A stretch of DNA of 64,000 bases from Nitrospirota bacterium (lineage in GTDB: Bacteria; Nitrospirota; JACRHJ01): the NCBI GenBank assembly GCA_963733375.1, contig CAVTDB010000010.1:30717-94716 (forward strand). The letters are read 5' to 3'. This document shows, piece after piece, positions 41,996-53,741 of the stretch. A program made the position numbers and the translations under genes. Positions within the stretch are counted from its first letter, which is position 1. Every line of letters begins with the position of its first letter. The notes beneath the pieces are model-generated. The model had not been told where the DNA came from and made no database searches. It worked only from the letters and a program-made list of their open reading frames with translations.

Positions 41996-42883
41996 TCAAT
42001 CGTCCGATAGCCTGAAGGTAATCGGGACATCGAAAGGAATTTCCTGGCCGTCTATCTCAGGCGGCAAGGGCGGGAACCCGCCCGCTTCCCGTACCGCCCG
42101 TAAAGCCGCGTTATCCAGAAGCCCCGACCCGGCAGAACGCAGAATTACGGCATTTTTTATCCTGCCGCTCCGCGCAAGCATGAACCTGATGACGGAAGTC
42201 CCCTCGACCCTCCCCCTGCGCGCCATTATCGGGTAATCTTTGTACTTCTCGATCATTTCCTTCAGCATAGCGAGATAGCGGGCACGGACGGACTCTACGC
42301 CCGGGCCGCAGGCGCACCCCGGCTTTTCCACAGCTGCGGGTACGGCCTGCACCCGGCTCCCCAGCCCGCCCCGCGATAACGCCGGGCTGGCAGTTGCTTC
42401 CAGAGCGCGCCCCGGCGTAGTAACCGTCTGGACCCGGAGCCGATGGGCTTACGGCCTGCTGGCAGGGACAGGCTTTGGTCTGTTCCGGGTTTACGGCAAC
42501 AGGCCCGGCAGGGACGGAAACCGGTTTGGGACGCAAATCCGCTTTTGGTGTCTCAGGCTGCGCAGCCTTGGGGCTGACAATGCTCTGCGCAGGCACGGCT
42601 TTGACAGACTCGGCCCTTACAGGCTTTGCCTTGGCCTGATGAGCCTCTTTTTTTTGTTCTTTCGGGGCAGGCGGCGCTTCCGCCATCGGCGCGATTTGCC
42701 TTTCAACACAGATCATACAAACCGCCGGTGAAGCCCTGCCCCGACGGACAAATAATATGCGCCCGACAGGACCAAGGCGTGCAGAAGAAAGGCCGCTACC
42801 ACCGCTATCCAGAGACGTGACGTCTCCGGTCTCGCCGGCTCGAACTGGTCTCCTGAATGAGGGCGCATAGCCGCCTTAAGCAT
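41996..42883 (-). CDS. tonB: Energy transducer TonB (frameshifted)
   Basis: TM with LLHAL; Pro/Lys/Ala linker; YP.MARR..VEG, SG..LLD.AAL.AV, VPITF.L. Confidence 0.85.
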
Positions 42884-42891
42884 GACATCTT

Positions 42892-45019
42892 TTAAAACTT
42901 GTACGCAACTGTCACGTAGAAGTTTCGTCCGTTTTCCGGCACCTTTACACCTGACGCATACGGGTCGCGCTGGTAGGAAAGGTACGAATAATAGAACTTG
43001 TCCAGAAGATTGTATATACCCGCGTAGACGGATAACTTTTTGTATTTGAAGCCGGCCTTCAGGTCGGTGGTCGCCCAGCTCCGCTGTCGGCATTTCCTGA
43101 AGGTCATTATCCACGCGGTGCTGGCTGGACGCGAGGTTTTCTGCCGCCTCCACGAACCATTTATCCACGTCATAGCGCACGGCCACGGTGCCCTTGAGCG
43201 GCGGCATTTCGGACAGGGGCCTGTCTCCCGTGAGGTTCTCGCCCTGTTCATAAGTCAAAGACCCCTTCAGGAACAGGTCGTACGGAAGCGCGACCTGCGA
43301 GCTCATCTCCGCGCCCCAGATATTCGCGTCGATGTTGTTGAAGGTGGCGGTGTGCCCATCCCGCCCAGCCGCTCCATGTTTATGTAATCCCGAGGCTGCT
43401 GTTGAACAGCGAGGCGTTAACGAAAAAGCTGTCGGTTGCGTATTTGGCCCCCAGGTCCACCTCGTTGTTGCGGGGCGGCTTAAGGTAGACGTTGCCCTCC
43501 TGGCCCCCCCCCATGCTGTTGATGAACAGCTCCTGGGGGTCTGGAGGACGCACTGCGGACCCGAAGCCCACGGATGCTTCAAGGTGCTCGACCGGCTTCC
43601 AGGCAAGCTGCACGTTGCCGCCGACGCTTCCAAATTCCACGCTCGATTTCGGCTTGTTGGTCTGTCCGTCCGCGTTGACCCAGGTGTGGTCGGTGCGGAC
43701 CCCGCCCTTCAACGTTACGCTTTTCAAGTAGCGGCAGTCTCATAGCCGGCAAAAAAACCGAGGTTGTCCACGAAGACATCCGGTATTACGACGAAACTCA
43801 TGGTGTACCCCATCATCATCAAGCTGTTCAAGACCCAGTTGCGGTTGTAGAAATCCGTACCGGCTGTCAGTGTGCCGGGGCCTATATCGAAGGACCCGTC
43901 GACCTTTGCGCCGTACACCCGCGTGGTGGCCAGGGCCGACATGGGCATGTTCATCGAACTCTCCCGGAACCTGTTGTCCATAAGGTGGGCGACGTCGTCC
44001 CAGTAGGCCTGGATTTTAATCCCGCTGACCAGCGGCGTCACCCTTTCCACATTGTAAGTCCAGTTGAGCATGTTGGTCCGGTCATAGACCGGTCCATCGT
44101 CAGGTAAGGATAGAGGACATGATTGGCATCCTGGTGGGAGTACGACAGCTCCATGCGCGAGTCGATAGACGGGTTCATGCCGAGCTTCATCCAGCCGTTG
44201 TTAAGTTCGTATGCCTCGGAATCAATCGCGTCGGGTTTGTAACGGTTCCTGCTTGTCGAGGGATATATGTCGGTGATGCGCTTCCCGTCACCGGCGACAG
44301 GAGGCAGGGAATATTTGTAATCGTACCCGAGCAGCCCGTCATACTGGTCGGTGCCGTAGGAGGCTGTTGCGGACGCATCGACGGAATCGTATGAGCCGGC
44401 GGTTACGCTCAAGTCGCTGCTGAACCCCTTGGAGGGTTCCTTTGACACGGCGTTTATCACCCCACCGATACCGCCGGGGTTGGTCAGGTCGTATGGGCCC
44501 TTGATGATGTCTTATATCCTCGACTTCCGCGAAGTCGAAGTGAAATGCCGGCGGGTCCATATGCCCTGGGCAGGCGCCTTCTATCCTCACCCCGTCAAGG
44601 AACAAGTTCAAGATTATCATGCTGAAGACCGCGCAGCACCACGTCGTTGGCGATAGCTCCCTTGTGCACTATATTGATGCCCGGCACCTGTTCGAGAGCC
44701 TCGCCGATATCACGCGCCGGGCTCTCTTTTACCTCTTTCATTGTAAGACTTTCCTGGCCGATAGGCTCTTCTTGTCCCTTGATGACAATCTCGTCAACCT
44801 GCAAGTCCTTGGCGGACTTCGCCGCCGCGCTCTGGTTCGCCGTAGCGCCCTGGGTCGACGCCGTGCCTTGGTTCGACGCCGCGCCTTGGTCCGAGGCGGA
44901 CGCCGCACCGCGCCTTGGTCCGCCGCTGCGCTGGCAAGCGAGGGACTTACGCAGAGCAGCGAAATCAGTATATACAGCGCGGCAAGAGATGCCGAAATGA
45001 ATGTTCTCGGATTTTGCAT
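42892..45019 (-). CDS. TonB-dependent receptor, OprC/NosA-like copper receptor (multiple apparent frameshifts)
   Basis: Signal peptide; plug with GACPGHMDPP (CxxxM); HLMDN; Met-rich MNMPM/MMMG; C-terminal ENGRNFYVTVAYKF. Confidence 0.8.
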
Positions 45020-45067
45020 AATAGCTATGTTCCTCCTTTATTATAGCGCTAAGACCGTTCAAGGTCT

Positions 45068-46123
45068 TCAGAACGAATAACGCATCCCCACCGTGGTCGT
45101 GAAACGCGGCGCGAGCTGCACTCCGTTTAAGTCCTGGTAGATGGGCACCTGGACAAATCCGTATAACGCCAAATGCCTGCTCACGATCGGCACGGACACG
45201 CCGGGGCTTATGTACAGGAGCGTCCCGCCGGTGCTGTACCTGTCCGCCTCGTCTCCCGAATCGCGGTTGGCGTATTTGAAGTTGAACTGCACCAGCGGGC
45301 TGAAATAAGAGATGCCCGCGTAGCGCATGCCGAGGTTTAAGCCTACGCTGTCGCCCGGCCTGTACTCCTGCCTGAAGTACAGCGCCCTCTGGTAAAGCAC
45401 CATGGCCGAAATAATCCCAGTTCTGGGCTATGTCGTTTGAATAATACGCGCCGAGGATAATGTCCGTGGTGCCGCTCCCCGGCTGGAGGCCGCGGTCTAT
45501 CGGCGCCGGGCCTGGCATGGTGGGGTCCGTCGATGTCCCCGTTTCGGTGAAGCTGCCGGTCGGCAGTTTAACCCCGCCGAGGACGCCCAGGACGCCGTAG
45601 GTGCAGTCCTGGATAATGCCCTGGTAGCGCCCCGTTATCCTTACGTCGCCAAGGTTATCGGTATGCGAGTTGTATTGCCCTCCGCCCGGTCCCGGCAGTA
45701 ATCCCGTCGGAGTTCGTGCCGAGCGTGCTGTGCCTCCGGTCGATAAAGGGCACCTGGACATTAATTCCCCAGTCCCTGTTAAAGCTGTAATCGACCCCCA
45801 GCGTGACATAGTTGTTCTGCGTATCCTTCTCGACCTCCTGCGGCTCTCCGTCATTCCTTATCTTGCTGGCGTCGATGGCGGAGATGCTGCCCGTCCCGCT
45901 GCCGGAGCTGGTTCTGGTCGATGTAATCGTAGCGGAGGTCCAGCTTCAAGCCCGGGGCGTAAGTGATGGAGGCTCCGGGTGATTGTAAATTTTCCCAGTC
46001 CGAGCTGAGCGTGCAGCCGCAGCTCGCGCAGGCCATTGCATTGACTTCAGTCAACCCGATGATTGCAATCAAACAAAGCGCGAACGCGCAGATCCGGCAT
46101 AAAGCTCCTGCTAAATTCTTCAT
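45068..46123 (-). CDS. Outer-membrane beta-barrel transporter-like protein with N-terminal CASCGC (frameshifted)
   Basis: Signal peptide; CASCGC; LGDVR, GVKLPTG, LQPGSGT, QVPIYQDLNG.QL; terminal YSF. Confidence 0.7.
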
Positions 46124-46285
46124 GGGTAAGATCCTTTATTATCTACTTTTCTTTCGCGTGAAAAAAAAGTAGGGTCCCCACAGCTTATCCAAGGGTATTT
46201 CCCAAGACTTGCGCAGGGCGGTCCAAAAGAAAACGAATTTTTTAGAGTGCGTAGTGGATTTGTTGACGGGGCGGACGCCCCGGAA

Positions 46286-46600
46286 TCAGGCTTTCGGAGG
46301 GATGTCTATTTCTCCCGGACATCGCCTCGGCGGAGGTCTCGTCCGGGGATGGAGGAAAACCATAAATGGATTGGAAAACAGCGAGTAGCAGACATCATGG
46401 GAAATAGCGGCCTCACCACCAGCCGGGTTTATGGAGTGGGCGCCGTGGCCGCAGACATCGAGGGATACAATCGACGCCTGGCCGTTTTTTACGGAGGCGT
46501 TTCTTAACGCCGTCCCCTCCATCCCCGCCGCGTATGAAATGAGCAGGATGAGCAGGGCGGCAATCAGTCTATTGGCTTTATGCGCCCTCAAATTTCTCAA
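46286..46600 (-). CDS. Small Cys/His protein ending in a PP motif; possible leader peptide
   Basis: TM, LDVCGHGAH, HDVC, terminal PGEIDIPPKA. Confidence 0.5.
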   Translation of the reverse strand: MRNLRAHKANRLIAALLILLISYAAGMEGTALRNASVKNGQASIVSLDVCGHGAHSINPAGGEAAISHDVCYSLFSNPFMVFLHPRTRPPPRRCPGEIDIPPKA

Positions 46601-47250
46601 GCCTCCCGGCGTGACATCCTGTAGCGCGAATTGGCCGCGGCGGCAATGGCGCTGTTGTGCGTCACGATAATAAAGGTCGTCCCTTCGGCGCATTTCTTTT
46701 TAAATATATCCATTATCTCCGACTCGGTCGCCTCGTCCAGGTCCCCGGTCGGCTCGTCCGCGAGCACGACCTTGGGCGAGTTTATAAACGCCCTGGCGAT
46801 GGCCACCCTTCTCTGCTGTCCGCCGGAGAGCCGGGATGGGTAGCTGTTGATCTTATCCTTCAGGCCGACCATCTCCACCAAAGACCGCGCCCGGTCTTCA
46901 AGCCCTTCCGAGGGCTTCCCGAACGCCGTCGGCAGAAGGACGTTCTCGAAGACGGTGAGGGTCGGCACGAGGCTTGCGAACTGGAAGATAAAGTTCACGT
47001 TCACGTTCCGGAACGCGGAGAGCTCGTCATCCGGCAGGGACCATATGTCCGTCCCGCCTATGGTGACCTTGCCTGCCTCAGGCTTGGTGAGGCCGCCCAT
47101 CAGCGACAGCAGGGTGGTTTTTCCGCTTCCGGAGTGGCCCATGACGCTGACGAAATCGCCCGCGGCGACTTCCATCGATACGCCCTGTACCGCGTGGATC
47201 GTCTGGTCGCCGTCTTTATATGTTTTGGATACGTTGGCTAATTTAATCAT
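46597..47250 (-). CDS. ABC transporter ATP-binding protein (LolD/MacB type)
   Basis: GHSGSGKT, LSGGQQRRVAIARA, LADEPTGDLD, VTHN. Confidence 0.95.
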   Translation of the reverse strand: MIKLANVSKTYKDGDQTIHAVQGVSMEVAAGDFVSVMGHSGSGKTTLLSLMGGLTKPEAGKVTIGGTDIWSLPDDELSAFRNVNVNFIFQFASLVPTLTVFENVLLPTAFGKPSEGLEDRARSLVEMVGLKDKINSYPSRLSGGQQRRVAIARAFINSPKVVLADEPTGDLDEATESEIMDIFKKKCAEGTTFIIVTHNSAIAAAANSRYRMSRREA

Positions 47251-47260
47251 ATTTTAAACC

Positions 47261-47359
47261 GTTCCCTTTTAGTAAAAAGGTAACACCAAAAACTTTTAGA
47301 CTGTTTTTAAGTCCCGCTTTCTCTTTGGTTACTTTTCTTTCCCGTGAAAAGAAAGTAAC
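47261..47359. repeat. ~100-bp modular palindromic repeat (B + A, reverse orientation)
   Basis: gttcccttttagtaaaaaggtaac...gttacttttctttcccgtgaaaagaaagtaac. Confidence 0.8.
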
Positions 47360-47368
47360 GGTTTTATC

Positions 47369-48574
47369 TTATTCCCCTTTCCTTATCGCCTCGTACGGCT
47401 CCATCCTCGCGGATATCGACGCCGGATAAAGGGCGGCGGCGATGCCGGTAATGGTCGAGACCACTATGCATCCGACAAGGAGCGATACGATAAGTCCGGG
47501 CGACGGCCACAGATAGGGCACGCTCAGCTCCTTTACAAGCAGGTTCTTGAAGGAGAATACTAAAAGCCCCCCGCCCGCGACGCCCAGGATGCCCCCGGCC
47601 GACGTGAGCATTGCCGCCTCCGTGATTAACAGGCGGAACATGTAACCGCGGGTCGCACCCATCGCGCGCAGGAGTCCGATCTCCCTCTGGCGCTCGTTCA
47701 CTATCATCGAAAAGACCACTCCGATTAAAAGAAGCGCCATCGCCCACACGATACCTCCCACCGTCAGCAGGTAAGTGAAGAGTTTCGACAGCTGGTCTTT
47801 AACGGTCGATATTACTTCGTTTGAAGCGATGGCCTTCACCCCGTCAACCGCATAATTTATCTTTATCGCCACCCTCTGGGGCGTATAACCGTCTGCTACT
47901 TTCACCAGAACGGTGGATATCTGGTCCGGCGTGACATCCACCTTCTTCAGGGCTTTCTGGCTTGACTCCCGCGCCATATCGTAAGCGGCGTTCAGGGTGA
48001 TGAACGCGGAGTTGTCTAGGTATTTCATGCCCGTCTGGGCAAGGTTGCCCACGACATTGAACTGCTTGCCGTAAAACTGAAGAGTCCTGCCGGCAAGCGT
48101 CGGCACCTCGCGTCCCACGATTATGTCGTCGTCGGTGAACTTATCCCCGGAGAAGTTCGAGAGCCAGGAGGTAACGGAGAAATCCGTGGCCGGGTCGAAG
48201 CCTATCAGGAGGACGTCGGATACGCCGCAGCATGCAAGCGGCGATGACTTTATGAACACCTGCGGAGTGGCTTTATCCACTCCCTCCACCCGCCTTACCT
48301 GGTCCAGCACTTTCCTCGGCATATAAAAGGCCGACGGCTCGCCGGTTACGAGGGCCTCCCTTTCCTTCGATTCCGCCTGCGCGGGCACCACCAGCACGTC
48401 CGCGCCGAGGCGCTCCGTCCCTACCGAAATGCTCTTCTTGACGCTGTAAATAACGAGGGTAGCGGAAAATAACGTGCCGGATACCGCCGCGACGGATAAG
48501 ATGATGGAGACGGTGCGGAAGAGTTTTCTCCGGATGTTCCGGATGGCTAAATGGAAAAGGCCCAGCTTCTTCAA
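47369..48574 (-). CDS. ABC transporter permease (MacB/FtsX type)
   Basis: LAIRNIRRK.FRT, LGADVLVVP, NERQREIGLLRAMGAT, ALYPA..SARMEP.EAIR; CC in periplasmic domain. Confidence 0.9.
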   Translation of the reverse strand: MKKLGLFHLAIRNIRRKLFRTVSIILSVAAVSGTLFSATLVIYSVKKSISVGTERLGADVLVVPAQAESKEREALVTGEPSAFYMPRKVLDQVRRVEGVDKATPQVFIKSSPLACCGVSDVLLIGFDPATDFSVTSWLSNFSGDKFTDDDIIVGREVPTLAGRTLQFYGKQFNVVGNLAQTGMKYLDNSAFITLNAAYDMARESSQKALKKVDVTPDQISTVLVKVADGYTPQRVAIKINYAVDGVKAIASNEVISTVKDQLSKLFTYLLTVGGIVWAMALLLIGVVFSMIVNERQREIGLLRAMGATRGYMFRLLITEAAMLTSAGGILGVAGGGLLVFSFKNLLVKELSVPYLWPSPGLIVSLLVGCIVVSTITGIAAALYPASISARMEPYEAIRKGE

Positions 48575-48977
48575 GAACTCTCCTCCTCTTTCCTGGCCGT
48601 AAAGAATGCTATGATTGACAAGTAATATAACGGCGCCGCCGCACAGGTTCCAGACCGGCAGGTCTCCGTAGGTGCAGGCCATCATGTCTTTATTGCAGAC
48701 CCCGATTATAAACGAGGGATAAAGCGCGATCAAGGTCCCGCCCAGGGCGGTGATGCAGGAAAGCATTCTGGGCGCTTCCATGCCCCTGGAGATTATGGAA
48801 AGGACGGAGGCGAGAATGACCACCGCGGAGGCGCCGATAAGAGCTTTAAAGCTCATACCGCAGGCCGCGGTCCCGTGCGAGCAGAGCGGGAAAATGACAG
48901 GCGCGGCCAGCACGGCGACGGAAAGGGCTATTTCCCCGCCCGCGACCACCATAATCAATTTCTTTCTGACGCCCAAA
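48571..48977 (-). CDS. DUF4418 family membrane protein
   Basis: P..FP.C......C; IGVC....MAC; appears fused to the permease in the ORF track. Confidence 0.65.
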
Positions 48978-49192
48978 CTTGTCTCCTGAACATCCTTGAG
49001 GCGGACAGTTCGCTGAACAAGATAAGAATAACCTTCAAATGATAATGCCGACAACTCCGGCTTCTTAGTCCTTGTAATATATCATAAACGACGCCCGCTT
49101 TACAAAAATATCTTACAAAAAGTCAATGGCAGTATATTTTTAGCTTTAGATAACTTGTGGTTCTTGATTTCAGGATATAAATAGATAAAGCT

Positions 49193-49222
49193 GTCCCCCG
49201 GGCCCAAGAGGGCCCGGGGGAC
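49193..49222 (-). terminator. GC-rich hairpin after the beta-propeller gene
   Basis: gtcccccgggccc-aaga-gggcccgggggac. Confidence 0.55.
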
Positions 49223-49246
49223 TTGAAAATTCCCGTGCGGGACGGG

Positions 49247-50274
49247 TTATTTCTTCCAATCCACCGCTATGCCGCAGAGAAGGGGCGAGCCGTTGTCGAT
49301 GCTGACCTTTACGCCAGCAGCCTGGATGGCATGCCTTGCAGAGAGAGGTCTCTTTAAGGATCTTATGGGTCTTCGCGTCCATGGTGAGCATTATGGAGTC
49401 GTCCGAATAGGTCCTGCACGTAACCAGCACGTACTTGCCGTCCGGCGTGAAGGCCATGTCGTGCGGGAAGGCCTGCTCCGCGGTCAGGTCTATGCGGTCC
49501 TTTACCTTCTTCGTGGCCATGTCGATAATAACGATCTCGCTCTTGCCCTTGCCGGCGACCGAATTGGGCACGGGACCGGTTTTGGTGACGGTGAACTCGT
49601 TAGGAGCGGTAACCCAGAACTCAGTATCGGCGGGGTTGGTGCGGCCCTGGTGGATAAAGGTGCCGATGTCTATCGAGCCGATCTGCTTCTTGGTCTTCCA
49701 GTCCAGCACGAAAACCTTGCCCTGGACCATGTCCGATACGAAGGCGTTATTATCGCCCTTGTCCCAGCCTATGCCGCAGACGGACATGCCGACCGGGATG
49801 GAATCAACCGCCTTTTCCTTAACCGGGTCGAACACGTACACGTGGCCGTCGGCCATATCCTCATAATAGATATCGCCGTCGGGGCCGGGGATCGCGCCGC
49901 AGAACTTATTGCCGACCTGGCCCAAGTCGGTGAGCTTCTGCGTGTCGAGGTTGTACTTCATTACCTTGCCGTTCAAAAGACCGACAAAGAGGTCGCGGCC
50001 TACAAGCGCGGCTCCATGCGTGCCGCCGCCCGGCCCCTTGTGCGCAGGGTCAAGCTGGAGACCGGCTATCTTGCCCTCCAGTCTCGCCGCCGGCGCCGGT
50101 AATTACAATCCTGTCCAAGTCGCCGGTGGCGAGGTTAAGCACCGCCAGGTGTCCGCCGTGTCCTGCAACATACGCCGTACCGGAAAGCATCGGCGCGTCT
50201 TCTGCGCACGCCAGGCCCGCCGTGGCCATAAGCGCCGCGGCAGCAAGGGTAAAATAAAGCATCATCTTCTTCAT
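49247..50274 (-). CDS. Periplasmic YncE-like beta-propeller protein with CxxCH (frameshifted)
   Basis: Signal peptide; blades such as PHDMAFTPDGKYVLV; GHGGH, THG, FCG, VCG, CKACH, LCG. Confidence 0.7.
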
Positions 50275-50400
50275 GGCTTTTTCCTCCAGAACTGTTTGCC
50301 ACTTTAAAAGCCGGAATCCGCCGAAACCGGCTGTTCCCCATAAATTCGCTAAATGCAGATTCACGATAAGTTGTTCTTTTCACCTCCTTGCATTTTCGAA

Positions 50401-51527
50401 TTACTCTCTAATGAACAGGAAATAGACCATCGTCCAGCTTCCGAGGATGATGAATATTACGCTGACCAGGCTGCCGAGCGCCAGGGTGGAAAGGCCGGTC
50501 AGGCCGTGGCCTATGTTGCACCCGCCGGCAAGCGACGCGCCGAAGCCCATCATAAGCCCGCCGCAGAACTGGGTGACAAGCGACTGGGCCTTGGGCGCGC
50601 GCCAGGAAAACTCTTTATTTTTAAACGCCGAGGTGAAGGAGCCGAGCACCAGCCCGAAGATCATCCAGACGCTCCATGTAAGCGTCCCAAGCTTTCCTAT
50701 CACGGAAGAGACGTCCGCCTGGGAATGCCCGCGCGGCCTTCTGCACCGCCGCCAGCTTGGCGGAACCGGTAAACCAGGCCGTCAGTTCGTTTAACGGGCC
50801 GGTGAATGAAAGGCCCCTGGCCTGCGAAAACCCGCCATAGACCTGGGAGGTATAGAAGGCGGCGATGCCGATTAAACCGACAATTATGCCGGTAAGCCAC
50901 CAGGAGAACCCTTTCTGGCTGGCGGGCCTTTTGAAGTTCCCCTTGGCGATGAATATGAGCGCCGGGACGGCGAGGAGGGCTATTACCAGCCAGCGGTTTA
51001 TGCCGAGGATGCTGTATATGGTAACGGGCAGCGGGTTGCCGTTGCGCGTCCACCACGCTGTACATGAACTTCGCGGAGGAGAGGTTGGAGGGGTCGAAAC
51101 CCGGCCCGAACCAGAAGAACTTGGCGATCGGGTTAAGGGCGCCGGAAAGGGTCGAGGCCGCCGCCAGGAGGAACCCCAGGGCCGCGAACCAGGAGCCTAT
51201 CATACCCTCGCCTATCCTGTAAAGGGTGCCTGTAGCGCAGCCGCCGCCCAGGACCATGCCTATTCCGAACAGATATCCGCCCAGGACGTTCGCGAGCCAG
51301 GTGAAAGGTATCGACCTGAGCTTCAGAATCCCCGCCGCTTCAAGGCCGTTTGCCCCTATTATCAATATGAGGAGCGCCAGGATATATATCCTGAATACGG
51401 TGAAGTCGCGGGAGAGGAGCACCTCCCTGAACGCGGTGTTCATGCAGAATCGCCCGTGCTGCAGGGTGTACCCGAAGATGATCCCTACCCCGAGCCCGGA
51501 AATAATCAGCGGCCAGTCCATAATCAA
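50401..51527 (-). CDS. YeeE/YedE family thiosulfate/sulfur transporter (frameshifted)
   Basis: GRFCM..AFRE, FGIGMVLGGGCATGTLYR.GEG, LMMGFGA.LAGGCNIGHGL. Confidence 0.88.
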
Positions 51528-51576
51528 AAGACCTCCTCTTTAAAATAGATGGGTTTAATTAACCACAATTTATGAT

Positions 51577-51592
51577 TGCAAAAGTTCTGCCA
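51577..51592 (-). promoter_or_regulatory. Sigma-54 (-24/-12) promoter for the yeeE operon
   Basis: Minus strand TGGCAGAACTTTTGCA = GG-N10-GC, about 50 bp upstream of the start. Confidence 0.75.
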
Positions 51593-51997
51593 CCCCGCGC
51601 GGTTTTCTGTCTTTTCGTAAAACCCATGATTGAAAAGGAGAAAAAGCTTCCAGACCTTAAGAGCAAAGTCCTAAATGGGATTAAAAGCCACATGAGTTGA
51701 GGCATACATGCCCCACTTAGACCTTTTTTGTCCCAAAAAAAGATTTTTAAGAGTACTTACAGGCGGTCCGGGGGAAAAAATCGGTCCACTCCACAAATTC
51801 TCTTATTCTATGTTATAATGAATAAAAATTACGGCACTGGGATATCAGCCGAATTTCAACCCCTGTGCCGTGCAAGAACGGCCCTTCAGCTTTTCGCATT
51901 ATACCGAAGTAAGCTCCCATCCCTAGATTTACCGACGTAACGTATTCTGGTTGTTAATTAATTAAGGAGGAGATGGCCAGGACGGCAGCATGCCGCC

Positions 51998-52540
51998 TTG
52001 CCAGAAGATCATTCCATGAAGCTGGACAAGTTCGATATTATTAATATCTCCGCCGCGGTAGTTCTTGCGGCCGGAGCGGTTTTTTATGGTGTGGCGGACG
52101 GAAAGACCGCCGCCGCGGACGGCATCGCCGCGGCCAGGTCCGGCAGGATCAAGGCGGACCCGGACATGGCCCCGAAGATAGCCGCGGCGAAGGTCTTGAT
52201 GGATTCGGGCGGGGTGCGGGAAGCGGCCCAGACGCTGAAAGATTTATGCCGCAAGGACCCCTTCGACGCCTCGGCCCATGCCCTTCTGGGGCAGGCGTGC
52301 TCCCGCCTCCAGGACTATCCGTCAGCGGTGAAAGAGTACAGGATGTGTCTGGCGCTCGATGCGGACTACGTGGACAAAAAGTCCGCTAAGTTCATTGGCA
52401 AGAGGATTAATTGCACGCTGGGCGATTGCAAGCCGCAGTTAGAGTCGGAGCTTTCAAAGAATCCGGGTGACAAGCAAGCTTCAGGGGCAATGCAGGATGT
52501 GAATTACCTTGAGAGGATGCTGGCGGGAGGTTGTGAATAA
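51998..52540 (+). CDS. TPR-containing membrane-anchored protein ending GGCE
   Basis: TM, TPR (AHALLGQA......Y..AV.EY), D.DYVDKK, C-terminal LAGGCE. Confidence 0.7.
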   Translation: MPEDHSMKLDKFDIINISAAVVLAAGAVFYGVADGKTAAADGIAAARSGRIKADPDMAPKIAAAKVLMDSGGVREAAQTLKDLCRKDPFDASAHALLGQACSRLQDYPSAVKEYRMCLALDADYVDKKSAKFIGKRINCTLGDCKPQLESELSKNPGDKQASGAMQDVNYLERMLAGGCE

Positions 52541-52588
52541 CCCTTCCTGGCCATTTCTTGGACGTTTCCGATAAGGTCATATTGTCCA

Positions 52589-53656
52589 ATGATTGCATTC
52601 GTAAAAAAACATAAAGAAATACTCGTTATCCTCGCGGTGGGCATGGCGATGGGCATAGCCGGGGAATGTCTCGGGTGCCTGGGAAACCCAAAGAACTCAG
52701 GTATATGCATCTCCTGCTTCATGGAGAACCTGGCCGGGTCGCTTGGGCTGCATAATAACGTGAGGATGCAGTACATCCGCCCGGAGCTTATCGGGTTCAT
52801 CATGGGCGGGACCGTTTCCGCATTCATATCAAAGGAGTTCAAGCCGGAAGGAGGCTCGTCTCCGATGCTCCGGTTCATGGCGGGCGTCCTTCTTATCGTC
52901 GGCTGCTCCGTTTTCCTGGGGTGTCCAATCAAGATGGTCCTCAGGGTGACGAACGGCGATTTCACGGCGTTTGCCGGGGTCGCCGGTCTGGTCGCGGGCG
53001 TATGGATAGGTTTCCAGTTCTTAAGACGCGGCTTCTACCTCGGCGACAGCTCGTCCATGCCCTTCCTCAACGGACTTGTCATACCGGCGATATTCATCGC
53101 GCTTCTCGTGGGCCTGTTATTGAAGCCGGATTTCCTGCACTTCTCGGTAACCGGCCCCGGCGCCCAGGCGGCCAAACTGAAATTGTCGATGACTTCCGGG
53201 CTGGCGATAGGCTTCCTGGCCCAGCGCTCGCGTTTCTGCATTACGGGCAGCATCGGGAACTTCCTCGTCTCCGGCGGCAAAAAGATGATAGCCGGACTTA
53301 TGGCATTTGTGGTAACGGCGCTCGGGGTAAGCCTGTACAAGGGTTTTTTCTCGCCGGGGTTCGAAGGCCAGCCCGGCTCTCACCTGGCCTACGGCTGGAG
53401 CTTCATGGGGATGGCGTTGGTGGGGACCGTATCCGTGATGATAGGCGGATGCCCGTTCAGGCAGCTCATCCTGGCCAGCCAGGGGAGCACGGACGCGGGG
53501 GCGGCAGTCCTGGGCATGGTAGCGGGCGGGGCGATCGTGCAGGCCTGGAGCATAACCAGCACGGACATGGGCCCGACGGTCTACGGCGAAGTGGCCACGT
53601 TAACCGGCCTCTCCCTGGTGCTGGTGCTGGGCATTATGATGCGGGCGCGGGAATGA
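52589..53656 (+). CDS. YedE family putative selenium transporter
   Basis: GNPKNSGICISCF, QYIRPE, VFLGCP, QRSRFC, GGCPFRQL. Confidence 0.88.
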   Translation: MIAFVKKHKEILVILAVGMAMGIAGECLGCLGNPKNSGICISCFMENLAGSLGLHNNVRMQYIRPELIGFIMGGTVSAFISKEFKPEGGSSPMLRFMAGVLLIVGCSVFLGCPIKMVLRVTNGDFTAFAGVAGLVAGVWIGFQFLRRGFYLGDSSSMPFLNGLVIPAIFIALLVGLLLKPDFLHFSVTGPGAQAAKLKLSMTSGLAIGFLAQRSRFCITGSIGNFLVSGGKKMIAGLMAFVVTALGVSLYKGFFSPGFEGQPGSHLAYGWSFMGMALVGTVSVMIGGCPFRQLILASQGSTDAGAAVLGMVAGGAIVQAWSITSTDMGPTVYGEVATLTGLSLVLVLGIMMRARE

Positions 53657-53741
53657 TTTTATACAAATCCGGTAAGCTTTATCGAGTGAGTAAAGAGGAC
53701 CAGGCAGTATATAATTCAGAACCTATCGGTATAATAAAAAA

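Noticed and set aside
47369-49054. DUF4418-permease fusion (561 aa)
   Set aside because: An RBS-like GAGGAGA and TTG at 48574 suggest two genes joined by an indel.
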